A stretch of 64,000 nucleotides of DNA, from assembly GCA_964625525.1 (NCBI GenBank), contig CAZVEE010000008.1:1764-65763 (forward strand). Direction: 5' to 3'. Below are positions 56,882-64,000 of this stretch, piece after piece. The first letter of the stretch is position 1. Each line of letters begins with the position of its first letter. Position numbers and translations under genes: made by a program. Under the pieces are notes generated by a model that was not told the origin of the DNA, did not search any database, and was given only the letters and a program-made list of their open reading frames with translations. This stretch comes from an uncultured Alphaproteobacteria bacterium (GTDB lineage: Bacteria; Pseudomonadota; Alphaproteobacteria; JAJFIK01).

Positions 56882-58894
56882 TTAGAAGGACGCGGCGCCC
56901 GACAGAGCCGAACCAACGCCGGTGACGGAGATCGCAACAGCGGAGTTCATCACGTTGGACGAACCGTTGTTTTGCGAAACATTCGCCACACCGGTGAAGC
57001 CGCCGCCCAGACCGTTGAACGAACCGGTGATCGTGTTGTCGATCGGGTCGTCCGTCAGAGCAACGACCAGGTTCCGAGCCACGGTCCCTTCCAGCGTCAC
57101 GTTGTTGGTGCCGCCTTTCTCACCGAAGATCGGAGAGTCCTCCTGCAGGCCAGCGTTGATCGCGATGACCTGGTTCATGGAGCTGGCGTGACCGTTGTTC
57201 TGCTGGATGTTCGCAGCACCGGCGAAGTCGGTGAAGGAATCCTGGATCAGGTTGCCGCGAACCACACCAAACTCATAGACTTGGTTGTAGACCGCGAGAC
57301 CCGCCGCATTCGCGGACGCCAGCAGCTGAGAGTCGTCTTCCACACCCAGGCGAACCGCAACTTGCGTGGTCTGGCCGAGCGTGTTGGCCATACCGTTGTT
57401 CTGCTGGATGCTGACGAGACCCGTCACCGTCTGGAAGGAGTTCTCGATCAGGTTCGACTTCTCGGTGTGCAGATCCGGGAACTCGTAGCTGCTCAGAGCG
57501 AACGAGCTGCCATAGGTGTCGGCGACGAACTGCTCGATCGGATCAACGAAGCCAGCGGCCGTGTCGATCTCTTCGCCATTGTCGTCGAACTGCGGCAGGA
57601 TCAGGCCGGGCAGGGAAGCAATCTCTTTGGAGATGTCCCAGTCACCGTCCCACACGGAGGTGCCGACAGTCACGCCGGTCGAGTTCACCGCCGTGGAGGT
57701 GTCACCACCACCAACGCCATTGTTCGCCAGGTCGCCCGGCACCGTGTCGACGGCGGCCAGGTTGTTGGCGAGGATCTGAGTCGACTGACCCAGGGCGTTG
57801 TGGTTGCCGTTGTTCTGCTGGATCTGGAAGGAACCAGCGGCGTTGTCGAACGCGCCGTTGTCGATGGTGTTGTCATACAGCGTGTTGACGTCCACCAGGG
57901 CGTTCACCGGGAACGAGCTCCCGAAGATCGCGGACGGATCGGAGTCGGCAAAAGCTTCAGCCAGTTCGTCGAAGGTTTCGAACGGTTCACCGTCGGTGTC
58001 GAACTGCGTCACTTCATCAGGAGCGCGGCTGACCGGGAACGCGTTCAGCAGACGGCCACCGTCACGGACGTAGTTGTTCACGCCGCCGGACTGACCCTGG
58101 GCGCCGAGCTGGCGACCCTGGTTGGCAAACACGGCCTGGGACTGACCCATGGTGTTCGCGTCACCGTTGTTCTGCTGCACGTTGGCAACACCCGAGAAGC
58201 TCTCGAACGCGGCGCCATTGGCGTCGTCCGGAGTGGTGTCGGTCAACAGGTTCTGACGATCCGGCGCTTTGGTGCCGAAGTCCACGTTCACGGCCGGAAC
58301 GGCGGTGCCGTCTTGGCGACGCGCAACACCGTCGGAGTCCAGGAACAGGACGGTTTCGTTACCGTCGGCGTCCAGGACCGGGTTGCCCTCGTCATCGACT
58401 TCAACGATCGGGCGGTACAGGCCAAAATTGAACGCCTGGTTGTTGCGCGTGCGGTTGAAGGTGCTCTCCCACTCAGACAGCGTGCCGAAGCCCGTGCCCG
58501 GAGCGCGAGTGCCCACAAAAGCGCCCGTGGAAACGTCATTGGTGTGGGCGAGATCGTCGCCACCAATGGTCGTTTCACCGGTGCCAACACCCGTCACCAC
58601 GCCGGTCGCGGCGTTCAGGACGTTGTTGGAACCGTTGTTCTGCTGCGCGTTCACCGCGCCCTCAGCACCGGCACCCGGCGCGGAGAAGGTGAACGAGTTG
58701 TCGATCAGGTTCACCCGGACGGTCTGAATATCGAGGCTCAGGGTCTCGATAACATCACCGAAAGAATTCACCTGGGCGCCGGATTCTTCATACGTCGGAA
58801 GATCCGGAAGTTTAGTCGGGCCCTGGAACGCGTAGGCCGGGGCTGCGCCCAAGGCCAGCACGGACGTGCCGATAATCAAGCTGCGTTTCAACAT
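56882..58894 (-). CDS. secreted 670-aa protein with six QQNNG-core repeats (putative fibre/adhesin major subunit)
   Basis: Signal peptide MLKRSLIIGTSVLALGAAPAYA. Six copies of N-x-I-[DE]-N-[SG]-F...G...[IV]-Q-Q-N-N-G-x-x-N...Q, with cores at aa 84, 240, 359, 497, 564 and 640. Ends ...GAASF. The antisense 767-aa ORF was rejected. Confidence 0.8.
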   Translation of the reverse strand: MLKRSLIIGTSVLALGAAPAYAFQGPTKLPDLPTYEESGAQVNSFGDVIETLSLDIQTVRVNLIDNSFTFSAPGAGAEGAVNAQQNNGSNNVLNAATGVVTGVGTGETTIGGDDLAHTNDVSTGAFVGTRAPGTGFGTLSEWESTFNRTRNNQAFNFGLYRPIVEVDDEGNPVLDADGNETVLFLDSDGVARRQDGTAVPAVNVDFGTKAPDRQNLLTDTTPDDANGAAFESFSGVANVQQNNGDANTMGQSQAVFANQGRQLGAQGQSGGVNNYVRDGGRLLNAFPVSRAPDEVTQFDTDGEPFETFDELAEAFADSDPSAIFGSSFPVNALVDVNTLYDNTIDNGAFDNAAGSFQIQQNNGNHNALGQSTQILANNLAAVDTVPGDLANNGVGGGDTSTAVNSTGVTVGTSVWDGDWDISKEIASLPGLILPQFDDNGEEIDTAAGFVDPIEQFVADTYGSSFALSSYEFPDLHTEKSNLIENSFQTVTGLVSIQQNNGMANTLGQTTQVAVRLGVEDDSQLLASANAAGLAVYNQVYEFGVVRGNLIQDSFTDFAGAANIQQNNGHASSMNQVIAINAGLQEDSPIFGEKGGTNNVTLEGTVARNLVVALTDDPIDNTITGSFNGLGGGFTGVANVSQNNGSSNVMNSAVAISVTGVGSALSGAASF

Positions 58895-59783
58895 CGCTCA
58901 GTCCTCAGTCAGTTGGTCGATGAGATGTCGCGTCATGCGAACCTGACCCTCGTGAGCAGTCGAGGATCGGGCTGCGTAAAGCTCTCAGCCTCGCGCTTGA
59001 GACCAGCCGCCGGTCGCCCGACGGGTCCGGAAACCAGACCAGACGTTTTCAGCGGGGAAAGGCATGGCGGGTCGCCACTCTCGGACGAGAACCCAAGTGC
59101 CCATAGACGAAGCGCGATTCGTGATTTGTGAAAAGGAAGAAAGATCAGATTGGAGACGATAATGCCCCCGGTCTACTCCATCCCTTCTCACCGAAAACGC
59201 CCCGTCGGTAAGACGGCCTCTTACCATGTCACTCCCCGCGTCTGACGACGCAGGCCTTTACACACACAAGTCAGTAGCCACGCACTCAGTACCCTCAATC
59301 CGTTCCGGACCCGTTAACCGTCTCCGAGGAAACAGCCTCCGTGCACGGAGGGCGGGTGAGGGGCAGCCGAGTTCTCCGGACAAACGCCGACATACTCGGT
59401 TACGTGTGAGTGATTACGCCGTTTCTCTGAACGAGTAAACAAGGATCTGCTCGCCAATCCGGACAATTTCGCCCAAATGACCCAGCGTGCCGACCAGCGG
59501 TCACTCCGCTTGGAGTAATCCGAAAGTGAGACTGTGTGACGAATGACCGTTACAAACCTGATAACTCAAGCGTTTTCACAGCAGAACCGCACGAAACCTA
59601 CACTTTTCGGCTTTTTCTTTTGTTCTAAAATGGAGCGTCGTGCCGTGTCCTCTTTGGAAACGGCAACTTGTTTTATTCTGAGACCTTTAAGGTGCAACCG
59701 ATCCTATATGCCCGCATCTAGGGCGTGATCGATGGCCTTTGACAGGAACGGCACAGTCTGATTCGGCCATGGCGCGGGTGTGT

Positions 59784-59808
59784 CCCGCGGCGTGAAACAC
59801 GCCGCGGG
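59784..59808 (-). terminator. hairpin 20 nt downstream of the M14 peptidase stop
   Basis: Perfect 11-bp stem CCCGCGGCGTG aaa CACGCCGCGGG. No clear U-tract. Confidence 0.45.
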
Positions 59809-59827
59809 GGATCTTGAGCGGACTCGA

Positions 59828-62470
59828 TTAGGGCTGCTCGTAGAGAGGCGTGTCGATCAACGGCGCGAAGAACAAGCCGTTCAAGAACAGCTTGCTGGTG
59901 CCAAAGAAGGTACCTCTAAAATTCAGGTTGTCGGCGTACAAAACCACCGTGCCGCTGCCCACCCGTTCGGCCACGGCCATGGGCGTGTTCGCGATCTCGG
60001 CCTGCCGGCGCGCCGACGCGTAACCGGATAGCAGTGGCTCGTCGGTATACCGCGCCACGGTCGCAACGGGATTGTACGGCGGCGTCAGCACCTCCTCCTG
60101 GCGGCGCATGGTGGCCAGAAAGCGGTCTTCGTAGCCGAAACCCAGCGGATGCGAGGGATCCAGGTCGCTGGCGAAGATCGTGCCGCCGATAATGTGCTCG
60201 GCACTGCGCAATTGCAGCTCCGCGTAGTCATACCGTTGCGGCGCGGCCGGGGGCTCCGAGGGGTCCGGAGTGGCCGTCGGTGCCTCGTCAGCGGTCATCA
60301 GAAGGGTGTTTTGTGCCCAGATCGCCGCGTCGCCGGAGGCCATCACCGTGCCGCCTTCCTCGCGAATCCACTGGTGCAGGCGTTCGAGCACCGGCTCGCT
60401 AAAGCGCGGCGTCCCGCCTGACAAGATGATGTGCGTGTAGCGCGACCAGTCGGCGCGGGCGAGGGCGGACGGCCGGGCCATGGTCACCGGCATTTGCATG
60501 CGGTGATCGAGCAAGTGCCACGCCTCGCCCGTGTCATAGAAGTTGAGCCCTTCGCCGAACAGCAGCAGAACTGATGGGGCGGCCACGGGCCGGAAGGAGC
60601 GCGCGGCGCCCAGATCGCGGCCGGCATCGGGTGTTAAGCCACTGGTGACCCCGTACACTTCGACGCCGTCTTCCGCCGTAATGGTGGCCATCACCGCGGC
60701 GATCTCGGCGGGTGCGACCGTCTGGCCCGTTTGAGGAACGAAAATGGCGCCACGACCGAACGGGCGGGCGCCGGCATTGGCCGTCTCGACCCGCGTCGGT
60801 TCAAAAGCCACGCGTGCGAGGATTCCCGCCTCTAGCACCCGCGCGAGCGCCCGCGGGGCATAATAGCCGCTCCAATCGAAGACATAGCCATAGGGCGCAC
60901 TGCGCGGCGCGGCGAAGACCGGCCAGTCCGCTTCGGCCTCTGCACCGAGCAAGGTCGTCTGATAGCTGGGCCGTCCCAGGCCCGCATAGGTGAGGCCATA
61001 GGCCAGCGGCATGGTCCAACCAGACACGTCATAGAAGACCGCTTCTTCGAATTCTGTGACGCTTTCGAAGATGCCGCGAATCATCACGTGCTGGGGTTGG
61101 TCTACCGGCACCACATAGGCGCTGTCGGCGGAGAAGCGCTGCTCACCCACCCGCAGGTCGCGCGCAAGCCGGTGCACGCGAATGTCATGACCGCGCAGCA
61201 TCTCCACGAAATGGGCGGCCCGGGCATGATCGGCCCCGGCGGAGAACACCCAGGCGCGCACCGGTGCCGTGCCAGCGCTGCTCACGGCGTCTTGAAAGAA
61301 GCTGCGTTGGTAAGCCAGCAGCCCCTCGCGATTGGCCAGCGCCCCTTCCACCGACGAGAGGGTGGTGCGGAAATGGCGATGGATATTCTGCGCATAGGTG
61401 CGTTCGCCGCTGCGGGTTTCGATACGCCCGCCGCGCGCGGCACCGGCCTCGTACAGGAATCCAATGGACCCGTTGACTTGAGGATAGGTGGAGCCTTTCC
61501 CGATGTAGAAATTGTCGAACAGTTCTTCAGAGAAGTAGAGCGTGCCGTCCTCGTCCAGTTCCCGGGCGTGATAAGCGGCAATGCGGCCCGCCAGCACGCG
61601 CGCTTCGTCCGGAATCAGAGGATTGAGCCGGGTGGGCGTGCCCGGGTGGAAGTAGTACGTCGCCTCGCTGCCCATCTCATGATAGTCGTTCGTGACATTG
61701 GGCTTCCATTTGTGCCACTGGCTGATCCAGGCGGTGGACTCAGGTTGCGTCAGCAGCAGCCACTGGCGATTGAGATCGAACCAATAATGGTTTGTGCGCG
61801 CCTCAATCCAGAGATCGTGCTGTATGTGGAAGGGATCGGTCACCGGCACGGTGCCACCAAAGCGGTCCACATGGTCGATGCGCCGAACATTCCCATCCGG
61901 ATTGAAAACGGCGGTGAACAGAATGACGCTGTTTCGCAGTTGCGCTTCGACGGCATCACTTTGCGCGGCGGCGTAGTGGTAGAGCGCCGGGATCGCGGCA
62001 TCCATGGCGCTCGATTCCGCGCCGTGGACGCCATAATTGATCCAGAGCACCAAAGGGGCATCCGCGTCCGCTTCCGGGGCGTCGGCAGCCCCGCTCAGGC
62101 GCGCCAGATGAGCGGCGCGAATCTCGTCCAGGCGGGCGTGATTCTCGGGGCTCGTCACGACGAAGAACTGGATGGGCCGGCCTTCATGGCTGGTGCCGAT
62201 GGTCTCCACGGTGACGCGGTCGCTGGCGGCGGCGAGCCGGGTGAGATAGTCCACCATGGCCGCATGGCGCACCGGACGCTCGCCCAGGCCATGGCCCAGC
62301 ACGACATCCGGCGTTGGGATCGCGCCATCATAGCGCACCCCATCGGGCAGGAAGCTGCCAAGGGGCGCGGCTCGTGCCGTGCCCATATCCGCGGCCGAAA
62401 GGCCCGCAAGGGCAATCAGCATGGCCCCTAAGACCATGCGCATCTGGTGGAAAGACCGAAACCGCCGCAT
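59828..62470 (-). CDS. secreted M14-family metallocarboxypeptidase, large multidomain form
   Basis: Start at MRRFRSFHQMRMVLGAMLIALAGLSAADMGTARA (62470). Zn-binding region INYGVHGAESSAMDAA and the later NDYHEMG block. Confidence 0.8.
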   Translation of the reverse strand: MRRFRSFHQMRMVLGAMLIALAGLSAADMGTARAAPLGSFLPDGVRYDGAIPTPDVVLGHGLGERPVRHAAMVDYLTRLAAASDRVTVETIGTSHEGRPIQFFVVTSPENHARLDEIRAAHLARLSGAADAPEADADAPLVLWINYGVHGAESSAMDAAIPALYHYAAAQSDAVEAQLRNSVILFTAVFNPDGNVRRIDHVDRFGGTVPVTDPFHIQHDLWIEARTNHYWFDLNRQWLLLTQPESTAWISQWHKWKPNVTNDYHEMGSEATYYFHPGTPTRLNPLIPDEARVLAGRIAAYHARELDEDGTLYFSEELFDNFYIGKGSTYPQVNGSIGFLYEAGAARGGRIETRSGERTYAQNIHRHFRTTLSSVEGALANREGLLAYQRSFFQDAVSSAGTAPVRAWVFSAGADHARAAHFVEMLRGHDIRVHRLARDLRVGEQRFSADSAYVVPVDQPQHVMIRGIFESVTEFEEAVFYDVSGWTMPLAYGLTYAGLGRPSYQTTLLGAEAEADWPVFAAPRSAPYGYVFDWSGYYAPRALARVLEAGILARVAFEPTRVETANAGARPFGRGAIFVPQTGQTVAPAEIAAVMATITAEDGVEVYGVTSGLTPDAGRDLGAARSFRPVAAPSVLLLFGEGLNFYDTGEAWHLLDHRMQMPVTMARPSALARADWSRYTHIILSGGTPRFSEPVLERLHQWIREEGGTVMASGDAAIWAQNTLLMTADEAPTATPDPSEPPAAPQRYDYAELQLRSAEHIIGGTIFASDLDPSHPLGFGYEDRFLATMRRQEEVLTPPYNPVATVARYTDEPLLSGYASARRQAEIANTPMAVAERVGSGTVVLYADNLNFRGTFFGTSKLFLNGLFFAPLIDTPLYEQP

Positions 62471-62585
62471 CGCCAACCCCTTTTCCTCAATTCCTGGGCG
62501 CGACTCTAGCGACCACTCCCGCACGCGTCTATCGGCCCCTGGGGCTATTCCCGACCGTCAGACTGCGGGTCGTCGCAAGGGGGGA

Positions 62586-63011
62586 TCAGTGTGTGGCCAG
62601 GCACAGGCCGACACCGGCAAAGCCAAACAAGGCGAGAAGCAGGAGAAGCGCCCACACGACAACTTGCAGCGCCAGAGCAATGGGGGCGAGGGCGTCATAC
62701 AGGGCCTGTTGCGCGCCCGTGGGCGCCAGGCGCAACCACAAAACAATGATCATCAACAGCGCCACCGGCGCCAGCACCACCGCCAGCATCGCCGCAGAGG
62801 GGCCCGCCAAGAGCACCCCCCCATACCAGCCGCCCACCGCACCCGCCACTAAGGGCAGGACCACGGCACAGCCCAGCTGTCCTTCGGCCGGTTGCGCCCG
62901 ATAGAGCGTGACCCGATAGAGCCCATAAGCGAGCAGCACCATCAACACGAGGCCCAAGGCGGAGGGGCCCGCCTCGCAAAGGTTCATCCCGGCTGTAAAC
63001 TCTGACGCCAT
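62586..63011 (-). CDS. hypothetical small membrane protein
   Basis: 141 aa with four hydrophobic helices. No family recognised. Confidence 0.5.
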   Translation of the reverse strand: MASEFTAGMNLCEAGPSALGLVLMVLLAYGLYRVTLYRAQPAEGQLGCAVVLPLVAGAVGGWYGGVLLAGPSAAMLAVVLAPVALLMIIVLWLRLAPTGAQQALYDALAPIALALQVVVWALLLLLALFGFAGVGLCLATH

Positions 63012-63226
63012 GACTCGCCCCGTTTGGATAGTCCACCCGGTGGGTGGTCGTTTCTGGGGTGCTGCGCTGCTCTCCTGGTCGTGAATCGCCTCCGAGGCGA
63101 CCTCTCTGTCATTTTATCCACAAGCATCGCCGCTGCGGCGCTTTCGCGCAAGGTATCCGGTCACAGGCTCGCGTCACGGGAGCGGTTAGGGTAGACACCA
63201 GACCATCGCCAGAGCAGGAGATCGGA

Positions 63227-64000
63227 ATGAGCCAGCGCGACGTGGATATTCAGGACGTGGGCCCGCGCGACGGCCTGCAAAACGAGGCCGTGGACGTTTC
63301 GACTGCCGACAAAATCGCATTCATCACGCGCTTGCGGGCCGCCGGCATGGCGCGCATGGAAGTGGCGAGCTTCGTCAATCCCCAGCGGGTGCCACGCATG
63401 GCGGATGCCGAAGCGGTGATTGCCGGCCTGCCCGCGCCGGACGGGGCGATCTATTCGGGTCTGGTGCTGAACGCCAAAGGTCTGGAGCGGGCGCGCCAGA
63501 CGGCGATCCAGGAAATCGGTGTGGTGGCGGTGGCCAGCGATACCTTCGGCCAGAAGAACCAGCGCCAGAGCGCCGCCGAATCCGTTGCCATGACCCAAGA
63601 GGTGACCCGGGCGGCACGGGCGCATGGTTTGCGGGTCGTGGCGGTTCTCTCCACGGCGTTTGGCTGTCCCTATGAAGGGCGGGTCCCGGCGGAGCGGGTG
63701 ATCGCCAGTGTCGAAGCGCTAGCCGAGGCAGGGCCCACGGAGATCACGCTAGCGGACACGATTGGCGCGGGCGTGCCCTCGCAGGTGCGGCCCTTGTGTG
63801 AGCAGGCCATGGCCGCGGCGGGCCCGGTCCCCCTCCGCTGCCACTTCCACAACACGCGCAATACCGGCTTTGCCAATGTCTACGCGGCGTTGGAAGCGGG
63901 CGTGCGCCATTTCGATTCAAGCCTGGGCGGCATCGGTGGCTGTCCTTTCGCGCCGAAGGCCACCGGCAACATCGCCACCGAGGACTTGGTGCATATGCTC
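63227..64000 (+). CDS. hydroxymethylglutaryl-CoA lyase (3' end truncated by the window edge)
   Basis: Not in the ORF track because no stop is reached. My translation from the ATG at 63227 reads MSQRDVDIQDVGPRDGLQNE...MEVASFVNPQRVPRMAD...ITLADTIGAGVP...CHFHNTRNTGFANVYAALEAGVRHFDSSLGGIGGCPFAPKATGNIATEDLVHML, which is the canonical HMGL/DRE-TIM motif set. Confidence 0.85.
   Translation, partial: MSQRDVDIQDVGPRDGLQNEAVDVSTADKIAFITRLRAAGMARMEVASFVNPQRVPRMADAEAVIAGLPAPDGAIYSGLVLNAKGLERARQTAIQEIGVVAVASDTFGQKNQRQSAAESVAMTQEVTRAARAHGLRVVAVLSTAFGCPYEGRVPAERVIASVEALAEAGPTEITLADTIGAGVPSQVRPLCEQAMAAAGPVPLRCHFHNTRNTGFANVYAALEAGVRHFDSSLGGIGGCPFAPKATGNIATEDLVHML

Noticed and set aside
56828-59131. A 767-aa + strand ORF, and the 258-aa + strand ORF at 56086-56862, opposite the QQNNG cluster.
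   Set aside because: The translations are rich in Arg, Val, His and Asp with no motifs. The minus-strand frames have signal peptides, Shine-Dalgarno sites and a repeat shared among three paralogous proteins. The T7 terminator-like element at 56830-56860 is reported separately as a caveat.
1-64000. A search for mobile elements, prophage, tRNA/rRNA, tmRNA or SRP RNA.
   Set aside because: I recognised no transposase, integrase or phage-like translations, no terminal inverted repeats flanking the accessory modules, and no tRNA-like or conserved ncRNA motifs in the intergenic regions. GC content in the two accessory clusters is not markedly different from the flanks.

Overview
A 64-kb, high-GC chromosomal segment (mid-60s % by eye). 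Its gene content looks alphaproteobacterial, for example a split PntA, an NDUFS6-like zinc-finger protein and CHASE2 cyclases; this taxonomic call is inference only. I support about 45 protein-coding genes. I found no rRNA, tRNA, transposase, integrase, phage gene or CRISPR array. Most genes are housekeeping or metabolic: threonine ammonia-lyase, acyl-CoA dehydrogenase, type III CoA-transferase, an enolase-superfamily enzyme, RecQ, NAD kinase, glycerol kinase, PntAB/PntB transhydrogenase, an RND efflux pair, ChrA, and a partial HMG-CoA lyase at the 3' edge. Many secreted or envelope proteins are interspersed among them. Two accessory modules stand out. (1) At 28.6-42.7 kb, a two-partner-secretion operon (TpsB, then a 2052-aa TpsA) has its last codons overlapping the start of a lipoprotein TPR-CHAT (caspase-like) protease. 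A convergent CHASE2 adenylate cyclase and a divergent FecR-like periplasmic protein follow. (2) At 54.5-58.9 kb, a four-gene minus-strand cluster encodes three secreted proteins that share a Q/N/G-rich repeat (core [IV]QQNNGxxN, six copies in the 670-aa protein) and a standalone lipoprotein C39-like cysteine peptidase. This architecture recalls the Pseudomonas Fap functional-amyloid operon, but with a different repeat and no adjacent pore gene. A coiled-coil-plus-beta-barrel outer-membrane protein lies 1.2 kb away. The window also contains unrelated 15-nt (pentapeptide) tandem repeats at four loci. All domain calls come from motif recognition by eye on the supplied translations; no searches were run.
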